Under the pieces are notes generated by a model. It did not search any database, had not been told where the DNA came from, and was given only the letters and a program-made list of their open reading frames with translations. From Macrostomum lignano (taxonomy: Eukaryota), in assembly GCA_002269645.1 (NCBI GenBank), contig NIVC01000607.1, forward strand, positions 11,694 through 75,693: DNA of 64,000 nt. Reading direction: 5' to 3'. Position 1 is the first letter of the stretch; every line of letters starts with the position of its first letter. Below, piece after piece: positions 1-16,500 of the stretch. The position numbers and the translations under genes are program-made.

Positions 1-43
1 GCGGGGTTCGGGGAGAATATCTTTGATTATTAGGGGGGCTTCA

Positions 44-2664
<2,621 letters not shown>

Positions 2665-3485
2665 TTACATGAAATCAAAAGGTAAAATATCTGTTACCAT
2701 GGAATAAGGCTTTTTGGATTAAGTAAAATTATCTATATAATTAGAACACATTTTCTATCTACACATATGCTAGGTCATAGCCAAAGTAGTCTAGCACAAT
2801 GCTCTTATATGCTAGCAAACCAGGCCTAAATCCAAGTGCAGTCATATTAGTTTGGGGTAAATTGAAATCTTGATTTGTCTGCTTGTGCAATTAATAGCCT
2901 TGGGAGAAAACCTTTAAGGCACAATAAAGCATCCATGCCTAACAATAAATAAAGTTAGGATTAGGGCCACTATATACTTGTATTATAGAGCTAAATATGA
3001 CTACATATATATCTGCATACTTAATATATCTTATCTACTTATGGAAGTCAATAAAATGGGTAGTAATGCCTCTTACTAGTTGTGTATCAATGTTGCTTAA
3101 AAAGTGATGTTGCTCTAGCATTTGGGTTTATAATTATAGGCCTAATATTTTTAAGAAAAAAATAAAAATTTTAACTTTAGGAAAAGTTATCCCATTGAAA
3201 GTTATGTACATATAAAAATAATTAGGTTAAAAAAGGTTCTACTACTTTCTAGAAGTGAATAGGCTTAGCATAGATAGGCTTATTGATTAGGCCTATTATA
3301 TAATAAATATTAGGAGGCCTATATATTATATATAGCCTATAGGCCTATTGCAATACCTAAACCAATCTAGCTAAGCCCCTAGGTCACTAGGTGGCAAGAT
3401 ACCTAAGTAAGATATAGTATAATTTAATGAACATAAAACATTTAAGTTTTGTTAAGTTCTTAGCCTAGGCTTAATAAAGTTTAAA

Positions 3486-3750
3486 GCCCTATTGCAGCCA
3501 ATGGCCATTTTCGTGGACGGCGTCCGGCGCGGATTGGACTGGTGGCGGCGCGGCGCGCGGCGGCGGCGCGCGCGCGGCGGCGCGCGGTGGCGTGGTGTGT
3601 GGCGGCGGCGCGCAGCGCGCGGCGAGCCATTGACTGACTAATTGAACCAAATCACTGATCCTGGGGACTGGCCCTGGCGCAGTACAGGTAGATGTCTGGC
3701 GCGGGAAAGGGGGGCGTCCGGCGCGGTTCAGACCTTGGCTGCAATAGGGG
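3486..3750. mobile_element. Non-autonomous TIR element (MITE), GC-rich core
   Basis: Left end (G)CCCTATTGCAGCCAA at 3486-3501; right end TTGGCTGCAATAGGGG at 3735-3750. Both ends are flanked by TTTAAA (3480-3485, 3751-3756). Internal direct repeat GGCGTCCGGCGCGG at 3519-3532 and 3713-3726. Confidence 0.75.
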
Positions 3751-6390
3751 TTTAAAGCTTAGGCCTATAATAAAATAACTCAACCTAAGTCTAAAATTAA
3801 AAATTGAATATTGGCTTGGATGGCATCAAAATTTTTGGTTGGATCAAATCAGGATAATAAAATAAGTTTTCCAATTTTTCTAGAGATTCTAGGGAGGGAT
3901 TCTAGAATTTGGGTCAAGAATCCTACCTCTAGCTAGTCAACTATATTAAACACTAGTTGAGGAGGTGGGGGAAGGTCTGGCCAGCCACCCTAGGCCAAGC
4001 CATGTCGCATGCCATTCATCTAGCCTACCTAGTTTTAGAAGTAGAAGACTATAGGCCTAAGGCCTAGGCCTAACTATTGTAGGCCTATTGCAAAAACGTT
4101 TACTAAAAAGATGGTCAATTAGGCCTAATAAATGAAAAACTGAAAAGAAGCAAGCAATGTCGATTGCGTTACAAGTTACAGACGAGATCGTTTTAATGAA
4201 TGTCTGATTTGAAGAACTGTCCCTGTGGGCCTGTGGCTTTCGTCTGTCGCTGTCGGTCTGACGGTCTGGAAACCCACACTGCCACACATTTAGGGTAGCC
4301 GCACTAGCCGGGATGCCCGAGGACAGTTATTAAGACGTTAGTAGTATTAGTAGTATTAGTATAGGAACAAGTGGCTCAGGCAAAATAGCCTGTTTAGCCA
4401 ATACGAAAAGCTTGTACTGTACTGTACTGTTACTGTACTGAATATTTTTAAAAGTATGATCGATCTGAGTAGCAAAGAACATTTTCTATGAAATTAATCA
4501 AAATTCAATCTAGATCTAGTTCAAATTTTCGCCAAAAAGTGCATTGTTAAACAAGTTAAACATCCTTTTAATTTTGAAATACATTTTTTGAATATCAGCT
4601 CAAAAACAAGCTCAACATCGTTTGCCATCTGTTACAGTCTCGTTCAAAGTTCTTTGTGTCGGATCACTTTTCACTTTGAGTCTATTCTGGTTTTCAGTAG
4701 ACTGCAGTTGCAGGGGTTGCCAATGCCAAATACATTTCGGGGGGAAGAGATTACGAGCTTGCTTGATTTGATTGGTTGGCCCAGCTGACCAACTGTTATT
4801 AAAAAAATTAATAGGCGACAGTCAACACAGCAGGCGATCAACTAGAAACCAAATCCATATAAATGGCACTCAATTTGAACAACTCTTAACTTGAAAATTG
4901 TGTAATCGAAATCGCGCATGAAATGATGCAAAGACTGGCCAGTTCAGAAGGAAATTTTCGTTTAAGCGCTGTTACTATCTCAGAATCAGAACCAGAACCA
5001 GAATCAAATCCCTGTACCGCTCTACTAGGTCCTCATAAGAATTTATAGTTACATGTAGTTCAAGAGAGGACCTTTTGGTGACTCAGTCACAACAAAGCAA
5101 AGCAACTACAGAAGGAAGTAGTTCTATAGAGAGCAAGCAGGGACAACTAAAACTTTTAATTTTAAAACTTTTAGCTGCCAGGCTGCAGCTACATGTATTA
5201 TGCGCTTCGGTGCCAGCAGCAGAGGAGCTTGGAGTTGTTGCATGCGTGCAGGCATCACAAATTTGTACTTCTGTAAATCATATCTTTTGTACTTGGTGGT
5301 CTGCACTCACCAGCAATACAAACTGCAGTGCATGGCCCTTCTTGCAACAACCATTGCAGGAGCAGAGAGCCATTTTTGCGATTTATTTTGTCTCTCGAAA
5401 ATCAGCAGAAAATGAAAAACAAATAACATTGAATAAGAAAATTGAAATTGTCAAATAATCGTGCAAAATTCATGTACATACAATTGCATCGATCAGTGCA
5501 GAAAATAAAATGAGAATGCCCAAGAACTATACTCAAGTATGAATAAGACAGGACAAACTACAGCAGGTCTCTTGGAACTTTTTAGGGGGCAGGTTTACCG
5601 AAAAAAATACATTACGGAGCATGGAGGCTTTCATTTTTCAGTACAAAAATTGTTATAATTAATGCTTTTGATATAGGAGGCAGACCCAACGTTTTATGAT
5701 AAAGCAATAACAATTTTTGTGCTGAAAAAGCGAAAACCTCAATTCTCCGTGACGTATTTTTTGCCTCCAATTTTTTCCCAAGAAATGTATAGTTTCCATC
5801 CCATCCTTCCACACTTAAGTAGCCATTGTTAATACCGGACTTCTGAAGCAGCGGCAGTGCGACCAGCTGGACACCGCAGGTAAAGGAAATCGCTCGCCTT
5901 GGCAAAGCCGCCAGAACGCCCTGGCTCGCTAATTCCCAAACTCGCGCGTTTTTCATTATGGACCCGTTCGGCAGATCCGGCGGCTGATTGCTTCGGCTCG
6001 AACTTCTGGCGCAATCGGAGAGCTCCGAATTTCGGTCGGGTCGGACCGGTGCGCTGATTGCCAATTAGCAGGTTGGCGTGGTCTGGCACCGACTCTGATA
6101 GGAATAAGCAGCAAGTCGTTTGCTGCCCATCCGATTGGGTAGCAACCAAATTTTGCTGCTTCCGACTTTGATAGACAGGAAATTGCTGCTGCATCAGTGC
6201 GTCCATAGTCTGCGTGTGTAGATGGGCATTTGGGATTGTATCTCACAGTTGATATTCTCATCAACCTGGTTTACAGTGACATCAACCAACAGATACATGT
6301 ACGCAATCATACACGTACAAAACCCAGGTCATCTAATAATATGTAATTATAGCAATCCTTAATTCACCTCAAGCCCAATTATCAGGCATC

Positions 6391-7600
6391 TCAAACTCTG
6401 CTCTGCATCAATCTTAGCCGTTTTGCCCTCACCATGATGCTCTTAATAGTGGCGCCTTGAATGAAAATCTTGGCAAATTTTACCCAACCAGCTGAGCCTC
6501 TTCGCTTTCTTAACAACGCGGACCGTTTTAATTCCACAGCGCACTCCATTAGCCTGGCCAGTTTGCGTAGTTTTACAGCTTGATCTGAGAACATCTGCAC
6601 TACAGCGTCTGACAGTGGCAGCAGAAATGTTAAACCGTATGGCTTGAATGGCAGCCATTCGTCCAGAGCAGATATTCGAAGTCCATTTTTTGGCAATGAA
6701 ATGCACTGCTTCTCGTCAATATCACGGGCACCTATATTGTTAAGAATGCGAGTTAGGAGAAGGGTAAGTTTATGTGTACTTAGTACCAAATGGTGGGGAA
6801 ACTTAGTTGCACAGTTGCAGAGGGGTGGAAAGGTAAAGGTAAGGAGGTAAAGGTAAAGGCAAAGGAAAGGTAAAGGAGCTTGAAATAAGATGGTTGCGCA
6901 GAGGCAGGGGAAGGAGAAGGAATGGAATGAGGTGGGTGCGCAGAGGCGGGGGGAGGGGAAGGAATTGATTGAGGTGGTTGCGCGGAGGAGGGAGAAGGGG
7001 AAGAAATGGATTGAGGTGGGTGCACGGGGGCGGGGGAAGAAATGGAGGGGTGGGTGCAGAGAGGCGTAGGAAGGAATGGAGGGGTGGGTGCAGAGAGGCG
7101 TAGGAGGGAATGGAGGGGTGGGTGCAGAGAGGCGTAGGAAGGAATGGAGGGGTGGTCGCAGAGAGGCGTAGGAGGGAATGGAGGGGTGGGTGCAGAGAGG
7201 CGTAGGAAGGAATGGAGGGGTGGGAGCAGAGAGGCGTAGGAGGGAATGGAGGGGTGGGTGCAGAGAGGCGTAGGAAGGAATGGAGGGAGGTGAATGCTCA
7301 GAAGCGGGGGAAGGAATAGAGGGAGTTGTCTGCAAGGTGGCAAGGTGACTTAATTGTCATGGATCTCTTGATTGACTCACCTGTCGAACGAAACCAGTCT
7401 GAATGAGGAAAATGACCACCAAGAGCCGACGGGCCCTCGAGCTCCAGATGTTCAAGTTGTGTGGCTCGTCCGGAATTTCTTAGCGCAATCATTCGCTCAA
7501 GGTGCAACGCCGCCTGCTGGCCGACCTCATGGCGTTCGGATTCGGTCGGCATGGCTGCTTGTTGGAAAACTTTGCTTCGAACTGCTATGATGGGGTTCTC
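6391..7600 (-). CDS. Candidate exons of an unidentified protein
   Basis: Exon 7600-7381 (tag|ENPIIAVRSKVFQQAAMPTESERHE...SDWFRST G|gtgagt) is phase-compatible with exon 6731-(6433 or stop at 6391) (ag|GT ARDIDEKQCISLPKNGLRISALDEWLPFKPYG...). No family recognised. Confidence 0.4.
6890..7310. repeat. Purine-rich ~32-bp minisatellite
   Basis: GGAATGGAGGGGTGGGTGCAGAGAGGCGTAGGAA-like units, lying between the two candidate exons. Confidence 0.85.
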
Positions 7601-7782
7601 CTACGTGCTGTAGTCTATTCATATTTAATAGAATAAATGGCTCTGGACTTTGCCCATAGAAAGTTTCCCAGACTTCCACTAAATCAAATAACTCCTATCG
7701 GCTATAGGATTGCTACTGTTAGCAGCTTGTAAAACATATAATGTGTAAAGCATTTTGAATTGGTGGCAGACTACTGCTATCA

Positions 7783-9410
7783 CTGCGGATAGTAAGTTTG
7801 GCCACAGATTTATAGTGGTCACCGCGGATAATGAGTTTGGTCACAGACTATAGTGGTCACCGCGGATAGTGAGTTTGGTCACAGATTATAGTGGTCACTG
7901 CGGATAATGAGTTTGGTCACAGACTATAGTGGTCACCGCGGATAGTGAGTTTGGTCACAGACTATAGTGGTCACCGCGGATAGTGAGTTTGGTCACAGAC
8001 TATAGTGGTCACCGCAGATAATGAGTTTGGTCACAGACTATAGTGGTCACCGCGGATAATGAGTTGGTCACAGACTATAGTGGTCACCGCGGATAGTGAG
8101 TTTGGTCACAGACTATATTGGTCACCGCAGATAATGAGTTTGGTCACAGACTATGTGGTCACCGCGGATAATGAGTTTGGTCACAGAATATAGTGGTCAC
8201 CGCAGATAATGAGTTTGGTCACAGACTATGTGGTCACCGCGGATAATGAGTTTGGTCACAGATTATAGTGGTCACCGCGGATAATGAGTTTGGTCACAGA
8301 CTATAGTGGTCACCGCGGATAGTGAGTTTGGTCACAGACTATAGTGGTCACCGCGGATAGTGAGTTTGGTCACAGACTATAGTGGTCACCGCGGATAGTG
8401 AGTTTGGTCACAGATTATAGTGGTCACTGCTGATAGTGAGTTTGGTCACAGACTATAGTGGTCACTGCGGATAGTGAGTTTGGTCACAGATTATAGTGGT
8501 CACTGCTGATAGTGAGTTTGGTCCCAGACTATAGTGGTCACTGCGGATAGTGAGTTTGGTCACAGACTATAGTGGTCACTGTGGATAGTGAGTTTGGTCA
8601 CAGACTATAGTGGTCACTGCGGATAGTGAGTTTGGTCATGCAGATTATAGTGGTCACTGCTGATAGTGAGTTTGGTCACAGACTATAGTGGTCACGGATA
8701 GTGAGTTTGGTCACAGATTATAGTGGTCACTGTGGATAGTGAGTTTGGTCACAGACTATAGTGGTCACTGTGGATAGTGAGTTTGGTCACAGACTATAGT
8801 GGTCACTGTGGATAATGAGTTTGGTCACAGACTTTATTGGTCACCGCGGATAATGAGTTTGGTCACAGACTTTATTGGTCACTGCGGATAATGAGTTTGG
8901 TCACAGAATATAGTGGTCACTGCGGATAATGAGTTTGGTCACAGAATATAGTGGTCACTGCGGATAATGAGTTTGGTCACAGAATATAGTGGTCACTGCG
9001 GATAATGAGTTTGGTCACAGAATATAGTGGTCACCGCGGATAGTGAGTTTGGTCACAGATTATAGTGGTCACTGCGGATAATGAGTTTGGTCACAGACTA
9101 TAGTGATCACTGCGGATAATGAGTTTGGTCACAGAATATAGTGGTCACCGCGGATAGTGAGTTTGGTCACAGATTATAGTGGTCACTGCGGATAATGAGT
9201 TTGGTCACAGACTATAGTGATCACTGCGGATAATGAGTTTGGTCACAGAATATAGTGGTCACCGCGGATAGTGAGTTTGGTCACAGATTATAGTGGTCAC
9301 TGCGGATAGTGAGTTTGGTCACAGACTATAGTGGTCAACGCGGATAGTGAGTTTGGTCACAGATTATAGTGGTCACTGTAGATAATGAGTTTGGTCACAG
9401 ACTATAGTGT
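7783..9410. repeat. 38-bp minisatellite
   Basis: Unit TTTGGTCACAGACTATAGTGGTCACCGCGGATAGTGAG, ~42 copies. Confidence 0.95.
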
Positions 9411-9538
9411 CCATTGTACAGCTGAGTGACCTGAAGCAATGCGGAATGCTCAATCAAGGACAAAGGGTCGAGAAGAATCGAACCCTAGACCTTTCAGTCG
9501 TGAGTCTGACGCCCTAACCACCAGCTAGGCTACTGAGC
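9410..9538 (-). mobile_element. tRNA-derived SINE head fragment (family 1)
   Basis: Minus strand reads GCTCAGTAGCCTAGCTGGTGGTTAGGGCGTCAGACTCACGACTGAAAGGTCTAGGGTTCGATTC...CACTCAGCTGTACAATGG: A-box/B-box-like motifs followed by a SINE-core-like segment. Confidence 0.6.
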
Positions 9539-10258
9539 TACTGCCCAATAGAAATTCTGCACTTATTGACTTCGCAACCTCCTCTAGCTCGTACATGCGC
9601 ACGAAGATAGCAAAATATCCTAAATTGTATATTAAATATATACTCGTAGATCCTATAGCTTCAACTATTCACGAGCAATGATTATTAGAACTAAAGCTAG
9701 CATCTCTATATTAGAAATTACTGTAGTTCTTATAGAATCTGACTGACTATAGTTTAGTGCTAAGCCTACGCTCGCAAAGTCCAGCGCAGCGTGGGTGCCG
9801 CAGGATGTTCCCGTATTGCAACCGCCTCTCGCTTCACTCTTGCTGTGTTATCTTGGCTTCATCACAGCCTACAGCCTGCCTGCGCAGCGCAAGAGAAAAT
9901 CCCGATCCTGTTGTGTTGCGCAGGGCGGCTTTTGAAAGCTTTTGATCTGACTGATTGTCCACCGCGAACAAGTAGCTACTGCATTAGAGGCGCAGCAAGT
10001 TTGCATATAGTTTCGAAGTCTATCACTTTCATCACTCTCTCATTGTGGATTTTGGCTCCGAGAGGCCGTATAATATGGGAGCACTTTTAGACTCCTTCAT
10101 CTGCTAGCGGCCGACTCTATGCCCGTTGTTTATCGCTTTTTATGTCCTTTGTGTTCGCTTTCGGGTTAAAGTTGCGGACTCCGCGAAGGGACGTCTGCAG
10201 TTCGTGTCCGTTACAGGTTTTCAGAACCTGCGATTTCATAAGCTGGCTTAAGCCCGCA

Positions 10259-11098
<840 letters not shown>

Positions 11099-11547
11099 AA
11101 CCATGCCCTCCTAAATTTCACGATCTCAGTTTGCTCCCTCCTAAAGCTCCAAAGTTTTACATACACAGTATATTCATTTCAATTTCCTTGCCATCGCAGT
11201 CCTCATAACCATCCGGCTGATTAACATTTCCAGCTGTTTCCATCGCAATGTTTGCCCTGCTAAAAGCAGCAGCACAGAGCAGAAGAGAAGCAGAAGTTAC
11301 TCCCCAAACTTTCTCGATCAAACTGCTGTATTGCATGCATACTAGCGGCTATCAAGCCCTATCCGCAACCATAAGTTCTCCCAACAGCTCCATCATGTAA
11401 ATCCACTGGCTTATACACTATACTAATTCGCTTTATCAGATAATTAACTTCCTTACTTGCTGCATACTTGCAGGCAGCAATGATAGCCGAATTGCACAGG
11501 CCTTGGTTCTTCCCGTCTTGATGCGAAGCCAATACAGAATCTGGATA

Positions 11548-12312
11548 GGGAGCAGCAGACAGCAGGTCAGGACAGGACAGGGAGCAGCGGACAGCAGGTC
11601 AGGACAGGACAGGGAGCAGCGGACAGCAGGTCAGGACACGACAGGAGGTCAGGACAGGACAGGGAGCAGCGGACAGCAGGTCAGGACAGGACATGGAGCA
11701 GCGGACAGCAGGTCAGGACATGAAAGGGACCAGCGGACAGCAGGTCAGGACAGGACAGGGAGCAGCGGACAGCAGGTCAGGACACGACAGCAGGTCAGGA
11801 CAGGACAGGGAGCAGCGGACAGCAGGTCAGGACATGAAAGGGACCAGCGGACAGCAGGTCAGGACAGGACAGGGAGCAGCGGACAGCAGGTCAGGACACG
11901 ACAGGGAGCAGCGGACAGCAGGTCAGGACACGACAGCAGGTCAGGACAGGACAGGGAGCAGCGGACAGCAGGTCAGGACAGGACAGGGAGCAGCGGACAG
12001 CAGGTCAGGACACGACAGCAGGTCAGGACAGGACAGGGAGCAGCGGACAGCAGGTCAGGACAGGACAGGGAGCAGCGGACAGCAGGTCAGGACAGGACAG
12101 GGAGCAGCGGACAGCAGGTCAGGACACGACAGGGAGCAGCGGACAGCAGGTCAGGACACGACAGCAGGTCAGGACAGGACAGGGAGCAGCGGACAGCAGG
12201 TCAGGACAGGACAGGGAGCAGCGGACAGCAGGTCAGGACACGACAGCAGGTCAGGACAGGACAGGGAGCAGCGGACAGCAGGTCAGGACAGGACAGGGAG
12301 CAGCGGACAGAA
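11548..12312. repeat. Mosaic ~32-bp minisatellite
   Basis: GGGAGCAGCGGACAGCAGGTCAGGACAGGACA units with shorter sub-units. Confidence 0.92.
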
Positions 12313-12797
12313 GGTTAGGACTCTGTCAGCTCCATCACAACAAAGTTTATTGCAGTTCAGAAGTCATAAATCCATATAGCAAGCAAGGTGAATTGTAGAA
12401 TTTCCCATATTTTCTGCATGTAGAATGAGAACTGTACACGAATTAAATAGCGGATTGTTACAGTTGCGTCTCTTTGTTGTAGAAAGACTGCTTCGATTGC
12501 TGCTGCTGCTGCTGCAGCTGCTGGTATTGATGAAAATCTATAACGCTAGACGAATGATTGAAAATCTGTTTTGAGACCTCTTCATTGTCGACTTCTGTTT
12601 TCACCGAGTTCAAGCTTCTGTCGAGCCCGTGCCGAAGTCTGGGCTGCCGGTAGCGGTTCGGGTCGCGGTTTGAGAACAACTTTTGTCTTCCTGAGCTGCC
12701 AAGCCGCTGCTGCCTGAACGGTTGGTTGTCCGTTTTCTGTGGCTTTTGCCTTTCTCGCTGCCTGCAAAGATGGTTGGAGCTGAAGTAAGAGTTCTGA

Positions 12798-13515
12798 ATG
12801 ATGCTGGAGGATGCTGAACGCTTGAGGGATCATGATGGATGATGCTGGATGACACTGAAGGATGCTGGACAATGTTGAATGATGCTGGATGACGTTCAAG
12901 GATTCTGGATGATGCTGAAGGATGCTGGAGAATATTGGATGATGCTGGATTACACTGAAGGATGCTGGATGATGTTGGATGACACTGAAGGATGCTGGAT
13001 GATGCTGGATGTAACTGAAGGATGCTGGATGATGCTGGATGACACTGAAGGATGTTGGATGATGTCGGATGACATTGAAGGATGCTGGATGATGCTGGAT
13101 GACACTGAATGATGCTGGATGATGTCGGATGACACTGAAGGATGCTGGATGACACTGAAGGATGCTGGATGACACTGAAGGATGCTGGATGACACTGAAG
13201 ATGCTGGATGATGTCGGATGACACTGAAGGATGCTGGATGATGTCGGATGACACTGAAGGATTCTGTATGATGCTGGATGATGCTGGATGACACTGAAGG
13301 ATGATGGATGATGCTGGATGACACTGAAGGATGCTGGATGATGTCGGATGACACTGAAGGATGCTGGATGATGCTGGATGACACTGAAGGATGCTGGATG
13401 ATGTCGGATGACACTGAAGGATTCTGTATGATGCTGGATGATGCTGGATGACACTGAAGGATGATGGATGATGTCGGATGACACTGAAGGATGCTAGATG
13501 ATGCTGGATAATGCT
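12798..13515. repeat. 20/29-bp minisatellite
   Basis: GATGCTGGATGACACTGAAG with 9-bp GATGCTGGAT-type sub-repeats. Confidence 0.9.
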
Positions 13516-13563
13516 GATTGAAGCTGGTTAATTACTGGATGTCGAAAATTTCTGAATAATGGT

Positions 13564-16500
13564 TTAAAACAATATAAGAAGATGATTATGATGCATCAGC
13601 AATTGGATTAAAAGTACTGAGAAAAATGCCCTCCATGCACCCATCGAAACGAACCTCTTCGAAAGTCGATTTTGCTGACTTTTCTGATTCAACGCCGGCT
13701 TCTCCTCGGCCCACAGCAGAGCGCGGTTGCCCAGCGCCAAAGTGAGGCGTCGCATCAACAGCCGAATATAGTAGGAGGCCACTATCAGGGAGATTTCCCC
13801 GAACTCGCACAGTGTCACCACGGAGACGCCGATCCATAGGCCTGAGTTAGGTCAGGTGCTTCTTTTAGCAAAGCAAATTACAATTGACACTTTCGTTAAA
13901 AGGCTCCCTGCACCCACCTCACGCCTCACCCCAGTATTCCTACCCCTCTCTGCACCCACCTCACGCCTCACCCCAGTATTCCTACCCCTCCATGCACCCA
14001 CCTCACGCCTCACCCCAGTATTCATTCCTACCCCCCCTGCACCCACCTCACGCCTCACCCCAGTATTCATTCCTACCCCCCTGCACCCACCTCACGCCTC
14101 ACCCCAGTATTCCTACCCCTCTCTGCACCCACCTCACGCCTCACCCCAGTATTCCTACCCCTCCATGCACCCACCTCACGCCTCACCCCAGTATTCATTC
14201 CTACCCCCTGCACCCACCTCACGCCTCACCCCAGTATTCATTCCTACCCCCCTGCACCCACCTCACGCCTCACCCCAGTATTCCTACCCCTCCATGCACC
14301 CACCTCACGCCTCACCCCAGTATTCATTCCTACCCCCCTGCACCCACCTCACGCCTCACCCCAGTATTCATTCCTACCCCCCTGCACCCACCTCACGCCT
14401 CACCCCAGTATTCATTCCTACCCCCCTGCACCCACCTCACGCCTCACCCCAGTATTCATTCCTACCCCCCTGCACCCACCTCACGCTTCACCCCAGTATT
14501 CCTACCCCTCCATGCACCCACCTCACGCCTCACCCCAGTATTCATTCCTACCCCCTGCACCCACCTCACACCTCACCCCAATATTTCTACCCCTCCCTAC
14601 ACCCACCTTGCGCTTTACGCCTGCATTTCCTGTTCTGATTTGACCACCTCAAATAGAGCAGTTACTCACCCATAATGCCACCCAAATCGGAGAACAGGTT
14701 CACCAGCTCATAACTTCGTTCCTCGTACAGCTGTCTCACTGTTAGGGTCTTTGGATACACTCTGAGCTGCAGGAAGCTCTGCCTGATAATGCTGTGCACC
14801 TGTTGGCAATGCTCGTCACTATCGAACCTATCCAGGCTCTTATTCAGCCTATCATCCAGACACTCGCTCAGGTTAACACCGTGATACGCAATCGAGTGAT
14901 TCAATGCATGATTAGTGTCGAATGCAGGATTAACAGCTCGCAGTCTGAGCAGATTAGTGTCAATCTCTTTAATCCGCGACTTCAGCATAGCGGCAATCCT
15001 GGCCAATCGGATTCGAGCGCCGCGAATTTGGAAATTCGGATCCGGCCAACGGCTCTGAAATACGGAGAAGTCGTAGGTGGTGTAGTTGCAGATGTTCAGG
15101 CAGCTGGACGGCTTCCTGCCGGTGCGCAGGTGCGGCAGCGCGCACTTCAGTCGGTTTAAACGCCGACCGATGACAGGGAATTTGGAGCTCAGCAGGTCAG
15201 CCACTCTGAGCCGATCTGTATAAGCCAGCCGACTGAAAGTTCTCAACGAGAGTCTGCCCGACTTCTCAATCAAGCTCATATTGTTAACTAAAAAGTCGCG
15301 CTGAAAAAATTGGTTAATCTCAGACAATAGTTTTGGCAGTTGCTTGGTGTCCTGAGCGCCCAGGAGGTCGTGACAGTAGTCTTCGTCTGGCCTCCGACCC
15401 GAGTGCGTTTTTACAAGGCCTTCAATAGTGCAGCCGCACTTCTCCTGAACACTTTTCAGATGCTCGAATGTTGTGCAGTCCGCCAGCTGCCGGTCGTAGA
15501 CTTGGACAGTGCTGCAAACGAGGGTTGAGTAGGGTAGAGTAGATTAGAGAAGATTATAGTAGACTAGCAATCTACGCCCCCCGTTGGGGAGCCAAAGAAA
15601 TGCAATACACGTTTTTTTAATAAGCTACATGTAGCCTTGAAATCTTAAAAAATCTCCTGTCAAACTTCTAACCCTAACCATAACCCTAAATGTAATATTT
15701 TTTCAATGAGTTTTTGCATGATGCTTCTATGATTTTTTCATGACGCTTCCATTATTTTTTGCATGACGCTTCCATGATTTTTCACATGACGCTTCCATGA
15801 TTTTTCACATGTTGCTTCCATTATTTTTGCAAGCTTCTATGATAAACATCTTTAATAAGCTACATGAGCTAAGTTATAAGCTACCCTAACCCTAGCCCTA
15901 ACCCAAATCTTAATGCTGTAACCCTGACCCTAACCCTGAACCTGAATCTATAGAGTAGATTCGAGTAGATTAGATTAGAGTAGATTAGAGTAGATTAGAG
16001 TAGATTAGAGTAGATTAGATTAGAGTAGATTAGATTAGAGTAGAGTAGATTAGAGTAGAGTAGATTAGAGTAGAGTAGATTAGAGTAGAGTAGATTAGAG
16101 TAGAGTAGATTAGAGTAGAGTAGATTAGAGTAGAGTAGATTAGAGTAGGGTAGATTAGAGTAGAGTAGATTAGAGTAGATTAGATTAGAGTAGAGTAGAT
16201 TAGAGTAGAGTAGATTAGAGTAGAGTAGATTAGAGTAGAGTAGATTAGAGTAGAGTAGATTAGAGTCGAGTAGATTAGAGTAGATTAGATTAGAGTAGAG
16301 TTGATTAGAGTAGAGTAGATTAGAGTAGAGTAGATTAGAGTAGAGTAGATTAGAGTAGAGTAGATTAGAGTAGGGTAGATTAGAGTAGAGTAGATTAGAG
16401 TAGAGTAGATTAGAGTAGAGTATATTAGTGTAGAGTAGATTAGAGTAGATTAGAGTAGAGTAAATTAGAGTAGAGTAGATTAGAGTAGAGTAGATTAGAG

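Noticed and set aside
6415-6440. GEGKT Walker-A-like peptide on the minus strand
   Set aside because: It follows an in-frame stop and has no other NTPase motifs; a chance match.
7783-9410. Regular 23-45-bp arrays resembling CRISPR repeats (also 22510-22995, 53272-53975)
   Set aside because: There are no unique spacers, the units are head-to-tail, no cas genes are present, and the context is eukaryotic.
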